Shown: positions 12,051 through 23,410 of the stretch, piece by piece
How the letters are laid out: each line of letters starts with the position of its first letter
Numbering within the stretch: the stretch's first letter is position 1
NCBI RefSeq assembly: GCF_001194135.2
Contig: NC_068985.1
Location: 81,761,686-81,805,326 of the forward strand
Direction of reading: 5' to 3'
Source: Octopus bimaculoides
Taxonomy: Eukaryota
DNA length: 43,641 nucleotides
Notes under the pieces: generated by a model
What the model saw: the letters and a program-made list of their open reading frames with translations, nothing else
Told to the model about the DNA's origin: nothing
Database searches by the model: none
Made by a program: the position numbers and the translations under genes

Positions 12051-14148
12051 GAAGGCCATCTACTTGTGACCTAAGACCATTGCTGACTTTTAGGAACATT
12101 GTGCGCTCTAGGACAAACTTATATTTTGCATTTGCGGCTCCGTTGATGGCTAATGAGACCTGCTCTTGACAAGCATACACGACTGCAAACATTGCAAGCC
12201 AAGCTTTCCCCACTCACTACGTTAGCAGTGCGCTTTCGAACAGCACGCTTAAATTATTCATGCAGAATACGCACTCTTTCAAAGATGTTGACCCCCTCCT
12301 TAATCTGCTTCCTCCATCTGTGACGATAACAGGCATTGCTCTCCCTGTCGGTCTCACAGGCCTTTAATGAGTACTTGACACAGTCCTTAAATCGCAGCCT
12401 TGGTTTCTGCTGGGGTCTCTTTCCCCTAACAAGTTCCCCATATAGCATCTGTTTAAGGATCCTGCTATCCTTCATTCTAATAAGGTGTCAAGCCCTACGT
12501 AACGGGCGCTTGTTGTGCACCATCACCTCAATACCCAAGATATCAGCTGTCCTCAAGACCTGTGTGTCTGGAGTTTTAAGGTCCAGCCAACATTCAGAAT
12601 GTGTCTCAGACATCTCTGATGAAAACGTGCAAGGACCTTTACATGACGTTTTTAAAGGGTTTCATGTCTCATATCATGAGTAAAGGAGCGATGTCAGTAA
12701 ACATGTACGGCACACAGCAAGTTTTGTTTGCCTTGTGATGCTATGCTGAGACTCAAGAGACAGGAAGGAATCAGTTGCTCTCTGCAGCCTGAAATATATT
12801 TCATCATCCTGGGAGCAAGAACGGCTGAGTGTGCCGCCCACTTTCTACCCAAACTTGTCTACCACTTTCAGTATTGTTCCTTCAACCAAGATAGCCGGTT
12901 CCATTTATGGATTTCCTGGTGCAGGCTTGAACATTACAACAGTCTTGTCCAGGCTAATACTGAGTCCAAATGCTTTGCAAGAAGCAGAAATACAATTCAT
13001 GCGTATTTGCATGTCATCCACTGTATGAGTGACTAAGTCACAGTCATCTGCATAAAGGAGGTCACGAATAATAGACTGGAGAACCTTTGAATTGGCAGCA
13101 AATCAGCGAAGATTAAAGAAGCGGCCATAAGATCGATATCTGACATATGCAAAAGCATGAGTACAAAGAACAAAGAAAAGAGAGTTGGGGCAAGGATGTC
13201 ACTCTGCTTGACACCATTCTCTACAGGAATGGGTCCCACCATGCCACCACCAATATTAACCCAGGCCTCCATCCCATTATGAAATGATTTGGTTATAGAT
13301 ACAAAGTGATCCAGACATCCAAGTTTGCCAAGTATTTTCCATAGCAAGGCTCTATTCTATTCACAGTATCACAGGCTTTGGTTAAATCAATGAATACCTG
13401 GACAAGATCCATATTCTGCTCATAGCACTTCTGCATCTGTCTTGCTGTGAAAATCATATCCAGTGTCCCTCCACTAGATCGGAAGCCACATTGAGATTCA
13501 GATAGGACATCATTTACGAGACACCCATTCAAGCAGGTAAGAAAAATATTTGTCAGAACCTTGCCAGCAGCTAGTAGTAGAGCAATACCTCTATAGTTAC
13601 CACACATTATTTTGGCTCCTTTGCCTTCAGAGAGAGGAAGAATAATTGCATACTTCCAGTCCTTAGGCATTGCACCATCCCGCCAGACTACACTCATAAG
13701 TTCATTAAGAGACTATGATGTAATCACCACCAAATCACAAGACAGCACAGATTCCATCCCTTCCAAGTGTCCTACCAAGATTCAATATACTTATTGCTGT
13801 CATTACCTCATCTATTGAGACGTAGAATTTAAGGAGCCAATGATAGGTCTTTGTTACATAGTATCAATCACTGTTTCATCCACAACTGACTCATGGTTCA
13901 GGAGTTCAGAGAAGTGTTCAATCCAGCGACCTGTGATTTCTGCCTATTTAGTAAATAGAGTAGAAGACTCCTTGGAGAGCAAAGGAGCTGATGTAGAGCT
14001 CTTAGGCCCATAAACTTGCTTCATAAGATGATAAAGTTTGTTGCTGTCATTTGCATCAGCAGTGGCCTGAACGTCACGAGCAGGATCCTCCCACCAAGTG
14101 TTCTGCATCTTCCTGGGAGATCGCTGCAGTAGTGATTTTACACTGCTA
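12051..14148 (-). mobile_element. 5'-truncated RTE-clade (BovB-like) LINE, decayed reverse transcriptase
   Basis: Minus-strand peptides KQVYGPKSSTSAPLLS..RWIEHFSELLN, CGNYRGIALL..ESQCGFRS..DMIFTARQMQ..FIDLTKACDTVNR, GVKQSDILAPTLF, LFADDCD and KQMLYGEL..RLRFKD, plus a terminal C2H2-like CNVCSRVCLSRAGLISHQRS. Multiple frameshifts and stops. Confidence 0.95.
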
Positions 14149-14159
14149 TAGTGGGTAAG

Positions 14160-14208
14160 TACTATATATGTGTGTGTGTGTGTGTGCGTGCGCGTGTGTG
14201 CGCGCGCC

Positions 14209-14282
<74 letters not shown>

Positions 14283-14750
14283 CGGAGGAGGAGGGAGAGT
14301 AGAATGAGGGCTTCGATTGCATTATTATAATACGGTTGGTGTGGATGATTGTTATGATGATGACGGCGTTTTTAATTATTATTATTATAATAATAAAGTT
14401 CTTGATTTTGATAATGATGATGACGATGACCACCACAACGACTACGACTACGACGACGACGATGATGATGACTAACAACAATTGGTGTCGTGTGAGAGTG
14501 AACCGTGAATATATTATTAAATAATATTCGTTGTCTGTGAGGAGATACGGGGAACAGACACGAAAACAGTGTTTTTACAGCAGGTTTACCCAGTTCTTGA
14601 TACTAATCTTAATTTTAATCCTAATCTTTCTCCTAAATCCCAATCCACAAGTCAAAAGGTTCATGTGAGATGTTAGAATTAATGGGGAGGTCAACTAGAC
14701 ATAATCAACAGATCGATTGCCTGCCTGTAAGGAGGAGGAGGAGACTAGTA

Positions 14751-14808
<58 letters not shown>

Positions 14809-15200
14809 AGAAGGAGGAGAAAAGGGGAAAGGGAAAATATTGAAGGAAAAGGTGAAAGAGGAGTAGTAGTACGAGGAGGAGGAGGGGAAAGAGAAGGAGT
14901 AGGAGGAAGAGGAAGAGGGGAGGAGGAGGAGAAGAAGAAGAAGAAGAAGAAGAAGACGGACGAGGATGTGGAAGCGGTTGAGGGGATCTAGAAGAAAAAA
15001 AGAGAAAGGAGAAAAAAAAGGAGTTGAGGAGGTCACGATGACAACGACGACGATGATGACAACAATGGTAATGATGATGAGATGATGATGACGGCGACGA
15101 TAATGGTGTTATTGATAATGTTGATAATGACGATAATGATTATGACGACGTTGACAGCGACGACGATGACGATGACGAAGGGGATTGAAGATGGAGAAGG
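14160..15200. repeat. Mixed microsatellite and low-complexity block ((TG)n, (TA)n, (GAC/GAT)n, (AGT)n, (AGA)n)
   Basis: Directly visible simple repeats; 14520-14730 within it is more unique sequence. Confidence 0.85.
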
Positions 15201-15519
15201 GAACAACGCCAATAACGCTGACACCAACTATAGCTGCAAGAAAGGGGACAGGATGTGATGCAATGTCAATCAAGCAACGCCCATTTTGCCGTTTAGATCC
15301 ACGTTCGTTGCATCATTACCGCCCTTGTGATGAGGAGACACATGAATGGCATAACCACACTTCCCTGCAGGCAGTGCGCAGGTGTGGCTGTGCAATGTGC
15401 GGTTTCACATTTGTGCCTACACATGGGCAACCGCACAGCGGCCATCCAAACGCTCACCACTATACGTTAGTCCGTCTTCATTCGTCACTCATTGTCAATG
15501 ACGAAGTATACACACAAAC

Positions 15520-15554
<35 letters not shown>

Positions 15555-16542
15555 NNNNNNNNNNNNNNNNNNNNNNNNNNNNNNNNNNNNNNNNNNNNNN
15601 NNNNNNNNNNNNNNNNNNNNNNNNNNNNNNNNNNNNNNNNNNNNNNNNNNNNNNNNNNNNNNNNNNNNNNNNNNNNNNNNNNNNNNNNNNNNNNNNNNNN
15701 NNNNNNNNNNNNNNNNNNNNNNNNNNNNNNNNNNNNNNNNNNNNNNNNNNNNNNNNNNNNNNNNNNNNNNNNNNNNNNNNNNNNNNNNNNNNNNNNNNNN
15801 NNNNNNNNNNNNNNNNNNNNNNNNNNNNNNNNNNNNNNNNNNNNNNNNNNNNNNNNNNNNNNNNNNNNNNNNNNNNNNNNNNNNNNNNNNNNNNNNNNNN
15901 NNNNNNNNNNNNNNNNNNNNNNNNNNNNNNNNNNNNNNNNNNNNNNNNNNNNNNNNNNNNNNNNNNNNNNNNNNNNNNNNNNNNNNNNNNNNNNNNNNNN
16001 NNNNNNNNNNNNNNNNNNNNNNNNNNNNNNNNNNNNNNNNNNNNNNNNNNNNNNNNNNNNNNNNNNNNNNNNNNNNNNNNNNNNNNNNNNNNNNNNNNNN
16101 NNNNNNNNNNNNNNNNNNNNNNNNNNNNNNNNNNNNNNNNNNNNNNNNNNNNNNNNNNNNNNNNNNNNNNNNNNNNNNNNNNNNNNNNNNNNNNNNNNNN
16201 NNNNNNNNNNNNNNNNNNNNNNNNNNNNNNNNNNNNNNNNNNNNNNNNNNNNNNNNNNNNNNNNNNNNNNNNNNNNNNNNNNNNNNNNNNNNNNNNNNNN
16301 NNNNNNNNNNNNNNNNNNNNNNNNNNNNNNNNNNNNNNNNNNNNNNNNNNNNNNNNNNNNNNNNNNNNNNNNNNNNNNNNNNNNNNNNNNNNNNNNNNNN
16401 NNNNNNNNNNNNNNNNNNNNNNNNNNNNNNNNNNNNNNNNNNNNNNNNNNNNNNNNNNNNNNNNNNNNNNNNNNNNNNNNNNNNNNNNNNNNNNNNNNNN
16501 NNNNNNNNNNNNNNNNNNNNNNNNNNNNNNNNNNNNNNNNNN

Positions 16543-16594
<52 letters not shown>

Positions 16595-16798
16595 ATGTTT
16601 GTATGTCTGTATTTGCCCCCAACATCGCTTGACAACCGATGCTGGTGTGTTTACGTACCCGTAACTTAGTGGTTGGGTAAAAGAGACTGATAGAATAAGT
16701 ACTGGGCTTACAAAGAATAAGTCCTGGGGTCGATTTGCTCGACTAAAGGCGGTGCCCCAACATGGCCGCAGTCAAATGATTGAAACAAGTAAAAGAAT
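16543..16798 (+). mobile_element. 3' half of a family A SINE (5' half in the gap)
   Basis: (TG)n, then CGCTTGACAACCGATGCTGGTGTGTTTACG..GACTAAAGGCGGTGCCCCAACATGGCCGCAGTC..TGAAACAAGTAAAAGA, which is the reverse complement of 6786-7000. Confidence 0.9.
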
Positions 16799-16804
16799 AT
16801 GTAT

Positions 16805-16863
<59 letters not shown>

Positions 16864-16944
16864 CACACACGCATATGGTGTCTATCTATCAATATATGTA
16901 TGTATGTATGTATGTGAGTGTATGTATGTATGTGTATATATATA

Positions 16945-18209
16945 TTGGGTCATCCCATAAATAATGCAGCTTTTTAAACTTTTATTTTGGAAAATTAAGA
17001 TAAACAAAGTTCGTTTTTAATCTAAAATATACTCTTCTTCATTTTCTTCAATGCTCTTCTATCTAACTGATAGACTTGCAAGGCCTCCTCTTCCAAAATT
17101 CACTTGTCCATGACGAAAAATACTCCTCTATTACTGTTCTGACCTCATCTACAGAATTCATATTTTCCAGTCCAAATGATTTTGAAGACTGAGGATTAAT
17201 TGATAATCAGATGGGGCAATATCCGGCGAATATGGTGGGTGAGGCATCGTTTCTCATTCAAACTGCTTCAGCCCTTGAAATGTCATCCTCATTGTATGTG
17301 ACTGAGCATTATCCTGATAGAAGAACACCTTTCGTCTTGAAACCAAAGATGGTCGTTTTCCTTCCAGCGCTGACTTTAGCCGTTCAAGCTGATCGCAGTA
17401 GATCTCCTTTGTTACCGTTTGGCTTGGGTTTAAAAGTTCAAAGTGGACTAAACCTTTCATATCCCACCAAACAGATAACGACACTTTATGTTCTTTAGCA
17501 GGGGTGCCGGTGTTTCTCCTTTCCCTACGCACTGTCTTCGGCGCTTGGCATTTACAGAGAAACCATTTTTCATCACCAGTCACTATTCGGTCCAAAAAAA
17601 GGTTCATTTGTGAGACGTGACACCAAAGAAGAACACACATTCACTCTGCGTGTAATTAGACTCGGAAAGTTTGTGAGGAACCCATTGACTCAATCTGCTG
17701 ACTTTTCCGATAGCACGCAGGTGTCGATGAATGATTGAATAACCAAATCCAAGCTTCTTTGCTGGTTCCTCAATAGTTACCTGGGGATTTTGTTCCAGCA
17801 GGGTTTGCAGGACGTTCTCGTCGAGCTCTACAGATCTTCCAGGACGAGGCTCGTCTTCTAGGCTCTAGTTTCCGGCTCGGAATTTTTGGAACCACCGTTG
17901 ACACTGACTTACACTGACTTATTGTCTGATCCCCATATACTGCATGAATATTCCTCGCACTTTCCGTTGCGTTGTTGTCTTTATTGAATTCATAAAGCAA
18001 AATATGCCGAATATGCACCTTTGTCACTTCCTTTGAAAAAAATGACTGTTCAAATCGAACTGCACTCTTCAAAATGTGTACTAAGAATAAGGACAATGTA
18101 AAATTACTACTTGCTTTTATGGCAAGTTTATGCTAGTAGTTTATCCCGTCTCTCTCCGACTTTTAGTTCACGCAATTGAAAAAACTTCATTATTTATGGG
18201 ATGACCCAT
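16945..18209 (-). mobile_element. Full-length (1265 bp) inactive mariner transposon (D,D34D type)
   Basis: TIR TGGGTCATCCCATAAATAATG at both ends with TA target duplication. Transposase pieces: HIRHILLYEFNK..ARNIHAVYG (HTH), RIVTGDEKW, QDNA and PHPPYSPDIAPSDY. Frameshifted. Confidence 0.95.
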
Positions 18210-18710
18210 TATATATATAAATGTAAGATTCAAGCACCGGAAGAAAGTTAACTTCAAACAGACCGTAGTAAATATAACAAAAAACTTTCAGGAACAAAAG
18301 TAGTTTACTGAGGCGCAAGGTTGTGAATATTTTCGTATCGAAGTACGATAAGCTAAAAAGATTTTTTAATCTATATTTCACGGTAGGCAACCAGGGTTCC
18401 TGGGTATGCGAATAAGAATATAAGAGTTATTGAATGGAGTAGATAAGATCCAGGCTACATATGTTCTATAGCGAGAGGCACCTCTGAAGAGGTAGATATC
18501 CAAGCGAGGTGTATACTGCCGGCTACTCGTCAGGCCAAGAGTATCTTGAGTAAATTAAGCTAATATTGTCGCAAAGAGGTACATGTTAACACAAGGAAGA
18601 TTCCATCAAANNNNNNNNNNNNNNNNNNNNNNNNNNNNNNNNNNNNNNNNNNNNNNNNNNNNNNNNNNNNNNNNNNNNNNNNNNNNNNNNNNNNNNNNNN
18701 NNNNNNNNNN

Positions 18711-20091
18711 CTTGTCGACCACAATGGCCTTCACGTTCTCCGAATACACATCTGTGGGCAACTTCACCCTTATAATGGACTTAAATTTCATTATTTTCCG
18801 CTCAGTTTCTTTATTTTTAGTATACGTCACAAAATTCCATCGGTATTTTTTCGCCTTCCTTGCTTGTTTTTCCTTTTCTTGTTCTACTCCTGGTACTTTT
18901 TCTTTTTCCTCCTCCACTCTGAATAGTTTCGCCATTTCACCCTCATATAGTTGTTCGCCTAAATCCTTTTCCTCCACTGGTATAACCAGTATCTTTGTTT
19001 GCTGTCTTCGCCTTCTGAAACTCCCCCTAATGCTCCTCTTCAAGCTCTTTTTCAATCTCCTTGTCAACCATCTTCTCACCTTCCTCCCTTCTGACTACCT
19101 TCACAACCTCTTTCTCCATCTCCTTAACCACTTCTTTTTCCTTCTTCTGCCTCTCTGGCGGAGAGCTTACTCTTTCACTTCTCTTTCTCTTTTTGACCAC
19201 CGTGAATTCCTCCTCTGTTCTTGTCTCCTTTACCTCGAAGTGTACCACTTGGTCTACACTCTCCTGCTCCTTAGTCTGTTCCATCTATTGTTCATTTTCT
19301 TTCTGGAGGCACCTCACCTTCATTTAACCTTTTTCTCCACACAAGTAGCATATGGGAGGCCTATCCTCCACCACCACTCTCAGCCTTACATCCTCGGGAA
19401 TAACTGTTTCTTCTGCAATTCTGTTGAGGTCTTTCAAACCCGCTTGTATGGCCATCTCTATGCCATACTCCCAATAATTCAACCTTTTGGTTCTCGTTGC
19501 CTTGAGTATTTTAACATCTCCATGTTAAACATTATGGCCGCCATCAGCCATGTTTCCTTACCTTTGCCAACTCTCACCCTGGCAACGCGCTTGCCACAGT
19601 ACGTCGGCAAAAGTACCCATTCTTCCGTTCTTATGGCTTCCGTTCTTATGGCTTCCGTGGAGTGCTTAATCACTTCGACCTCCGTCGCGAAACGCACCTC
19701 CACTTTGCCATACCTCCTTCCACGTGTGATGAACGTTGTGAGTTTCTTAATATCCTTCAAACAATTCTCAATAGCCTCAATTGTTGCTATTTCGATCTTC
19801 CTACTAGACACCTTCAGTGTTTTAAAAATCACTGTTAATTTCTTACATTCTTTCATCTCCTTCGGCTCAACTTTTACTTCGCGGACCTCCAAAGCTTCAA
19901 CCTCCATTCCTCTACCAGTTGCTGCCGCATAACTGTGGCCTCCTACTGGCACTTTCTCCATCTTTCCTGCAATGGGAAAAAGAACAACAATTCAACAATA
20001 ACAGGAACAGTAATTTGAACAGTAACAATCAATAATCTTGGGTACATCCACGAGGGGAGACCTTCAATAAATATTTAACAAAGTGACTTAC
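18711..20091 (-). mobile_element. Tx1/L1-like LINE ORF1 remnant (nucleic-acid-binding, CCHC knuckle)
   Basis: ATG at 19961 gives MEKVPVGGHSYAAATG..LLPTYCGKRVARVRVG. After a frameshift it reads VVVEDRPPI-CYLCGEKG*MKVRC (CX2CX4[H->stop]X4C at 19309-19350), then a long E/K-rich region running into the gap at 18710. Confidence 0.7.
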
Positions 20092-20388
20092 GTCTAACAG
20101 CAATCGAAAAAACACGACAAAATTAACTCCAATTGATACAAATATGTTTCACCACCTGCTACATACTCTTTTCTTTATTTGGTACTACGGCCATAACACA
20201 GAGGGGACATTACAAGGACAGACAGAACATTACAGTGGGGATAGAAAACATAAAACGAATGAAAATGAAGATGTTATATAATGAAAATAAAATAGCTGCA
20301 CGGGCCCCACTCCTCATGCAGTACCATTTTACTTTTTTTCCTTTTTACTTTTTTTCCAATAAACAATTTTATTTACTTTTTCCCTTTT

Positions 20389-20825
20389 TTAGTGTTTCAT
20401 AAAAGGTTCGAGATCTTTCAGTTCCACTACCGGTGGCAATTCATACTTTCTTACTCGGGTAATGAATGTTGTCAACCTCTTTGTTCCCTTCAGTGTCTTA
20501 TAAATTACTGCCCTTTTGGTAACATTACTTGTGAGATCTGCAGGCGGCGTTAGTCTCAGTGTGTTTCCTTCTTTTCTTAACAATTTTTCGCATTCTTTCA
20601 TTTTCTTTGGTTCGATTTTACTTCATGTACCTCCAGCGCTTAACCTTCACTCAGTTTCCAGTTGCAGCCGAATAGCTGTGGCTTCCTGCTGGCCCCTTCT
20701 CCATTTTCCCAACAATGGGGAAAGAAAAAAACAACACTTCAAAATTAACAATAATCAGCAGTTTCAACAATAATAGTCTTGGGTACCCTCACGAAAGGAG
20801 ACCTTCAACAAATATTCAGCAAATA
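20389..20825 (-). mobile_element. Second, truncated paralogous ORF1 5' fragment
   Basis: MEKGPAGSHSYSAATGN..EVHEVK..KMKECEKL..LTTFITR, and its upstream 120 nt align to 19955-20080. Confidence 0.75.
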
Positions 20826-20839
20826 TTCATCAGTTTCTC

Positions 20840-21905
20840 CAACTTCTTTGGTTCGCTTTCCACGAATCTCTTTTTCATTTGGTTCCTTTTCTACTTTTTA
20901 CCCAATACATCAGTTTACCTATGCATTTGGTAATTATGCCATCTTCTCAACTCTTCTTTCTAGTCTTGTATACCCTCATATACACCTTCTTACCAACCCT
21001 AAAGAATCTTGTTAAGTCTTCTTTTCTTGCGAGGTAGCAATTTATCAAAAACTCATTTTACTTTCCTTACAAACATCAGCTCCGCTGGTGAGCTACCTGC
21101 TGGTGTATTTGGATTTGGTGCCATACGGTACACAATTAAAAGTTGTTGTGGAGCTATCTCATCCGTGAATTCCTTATTCGATTTTCAAAGGGTTCTTTTG
21201 AAGGTATCGACAAAGCGTTCTGCCTGTTCATTAGATCTGGGATGGTATGGTGCCATAGTTATATGTTCTACCGCGAAAGTTTCACAATTTTTAAAAAAAT
21301 TCGTTAGACACAAATTTTGTTCCATTGTCAGACACCATCTTGTCTGAGATACCAAATCTTGCGAACAATTCGTGTAAAAAAATTGTCACAGTTGAGGAGG
21401 TTGGTTTTTTTTATACTTACAGATTTCAGGCCATTTCGAAAAATTATCAACTACCACTAAGTAGCATGAACCGTTTAAAGGACCAGTGAAATCAATATGT
21501 AGTCTCGACCACGGAACATCTACTTTTGAACAATGTTTACTTTTTATCGTGGGCAATTTTTAATTTCGTTTTGGTTTACATACAGGTTTTCCACTCTGTT
21601 TTACTGCAATTTTTTGTTTCAGTCCCTCAGCAGCATTCGAACATTCGACTCAACCGGCTATATTTCCACACATTTCAATCTATATTTCAATCCACTCTGT
21701 GCCAAGTAGATTAAGTGAATCTTTTTAATACATATATCTTTGCCTTTTTCGTTTGACCTCGAAATATTGCACTACATACGAATTCACCGAAAAAATATAA
21801 TCTTTTTCCCGTACCACCATGTGCTACCTTTTTAGATTTAATTAACTTCGGTTTACCAACATATTTCTACGTTTTTTCGTTTATAATGGTAATGTCACTA
21901 CCAGT
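20840..21905 (-). mobile_element. Ty3/Gypsy pol remnant: protease joined to integrase, RT/RNase H deleted
   Basis: Protease TGSDITIINEKT..NLLGTEWI (about 21715-21905). Integrase PWSRLHIDFTGP..VVDNFSKWPE..VSDNGTKF..PYHPRSNEQAERFVDTFK, with D21491, D21327 and E21218 and D-E spacing of about 35 codons with a 1-nt shift. C-terminal FRVGKKVYMR..GIITKCIG. Confidence 0.9.
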
Positions 21906-22045
21906 AAAGACACGACTTTTTCATAACATGATTCAGGATTATATGAACAAGTAGAGGGTCACATAAGAAGCCTTAAGATATCTTGCCTTGTGCATGCGTC
22001 TATGCTCTTGTATTTGTACAACTATTACAGTTGCTTGAGACTTAC

Positions 22046-22250
22046 TGTTGTAATTCTTAAAATGTCGGATTATTATAACGCCCTCTTCAGTATACAGTAT
22101 ACTTAGTAAAACCATTAGTAAAGTTACGACTATCTCTGACCGCCTCCTACGTTCTCCCGTATTTTATGAACTTCTCTTTACTTATAGTGACTAGGTTATT
22201 CCATTCGTCACGTGAGAGGGGTGTATCATTATTATTAATTCCCTACAATA
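22046..22250. mobile_element. 205-bp solo LTR
   Basis: Termini TGTTGTA..TACAATA (inverted, with terminal CA changed to TA) and an exact 5-bp TSD CTTAC at 22041-22045 and 22251-22255. Confidence 0.7.
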
Positions 22251-22319
22251 CTTACTGTACATCATTCTAGGGACATCAGGATAAACTACACATTACCATC
22301 AGCCATTTCTCCTGTACAA

Positions 22320-22640
22320 CTTTTGGTCTTGGTCGAAGTTTTCCACATCGGAGAAAAACCAAAGTATGTCATGTTCTTAAAAGATATTAGACTTGTTAAG
22401 TAACTGCTTGACGCTGATCAAACGGCTTTCCTGTGTCTTTACAGACAGTAACTGGCCTCTATTCAGTTCACACGATTTCTACCGAATGCCCTTGTGCACC
22501 GCAGTTCTGATAGTCCACTCCGATACTTGAAGTTCTTTGGCGATGGTTATCATTAATTTTTCCGGATCATTTTTGATAATGTTTTGAATTCATTAGTTGA
22601 ACTACGTGTCCTTGTAGTACACTATCGCTCGTTTCCACAG
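22320..22640 (-). mobile_element. Tc1/mariner-superfamily transposase fragment (maT/DD37D-like)
   Basis: Minus-strand ITIAKELQVSEWTIRTAVHK..RGQLLSVKTQESRLISVKQLLNK..LWFFSDVENFDQDQK (FSDE-type first catalytic motif, decayed). Confidence 0.75.
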
Positions 22641-22848
22641 GCAATGCTAAATCTCTGTAGGAAGTGGTTATGTGTTGGTTTACGTGTACACTAATTTAGG
22701 GTAATGGATTGAGAATCGTTTGGACCAATGGTTTTGTTGACTTAGAATAATCTAACTTTTCACATTCCTCGACTATATGTAAAGTAGATAAGTATAGATT
22801 TACCTGCATTATATTAGTTTCAGGTATTCAGATTCATGTTGTATAATA

Positions 22849-23052
22849 CGAGGGGGTACTGAAAAGTTCCTGGCTTTAAGGGTGTTGCGAAAGGCTGGTT
22901 GGAGGCCCAGCCTTCCGAGTTCTTTTACAGGGCTTAAAAACTGAAGGACTGCTACAAAAAGTGTATGAATCTGGGAGGGAAATATGCTGAATAAAATCAT
23001 AATTAACAGATCTTCCTGTTCTTTTATTCAGGAACTTTACGGCAACCCCTCA
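22849..23052 (+). mobile_element. Internally deleted mariner (MITE)
   Basis: TIRs GAGGGGGTACTGAAAAGTTCCTG and CAGGAACTTTACGGCAACCCCTC match at 19/23, with TA at the left end. The interior retains a transposase C-terminus-like KDCYKKCMNLGGKYAE*. Confidence 0.8.
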
Positions 23053-23178
23053 AGTTTAAATATACGAAGCTTAATTGAATATGTTGCCAATTAACAAATA
23101 TGAAAATCAGAAAAAATATTTTGCTATATCTTGGTAAGCTATGAATGCGTGTGTGTGTGAGAGAGAGAAAGAGAGAGT

Positions 23179-23256
<78 letters not shown>

Positions 23257-23324
23257 AGTGATGTTAATTCTTGAGAAATCCGAAAGAGATATCGTAAAAT
23301 AAATGCAATGTACCGTATTGTAGA

Positions 23325-23410
23325 ATGAGTAGAGCACTGAAGAAATGCGTTGGAATATTTAGTCAGTACGGCATTTTACTTTCTGAGTTCAAATCCTTCT
23401 ATGATCGATT
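23325..23410 (+). mobile_element. Decayed family B SINE head
   Basis: AGCACTGAAGAAATGC..TTTCTGAGTTCAAATCC matches the family B head motif. Confidence 0.4.

Noticed and set aside
18583-19932. 449-aa plus-strand ORF
   Set aside because: It is the antisense shadow of the purine-rich ORF1 remnant, has F/L/S-rich composition and includes a gap.
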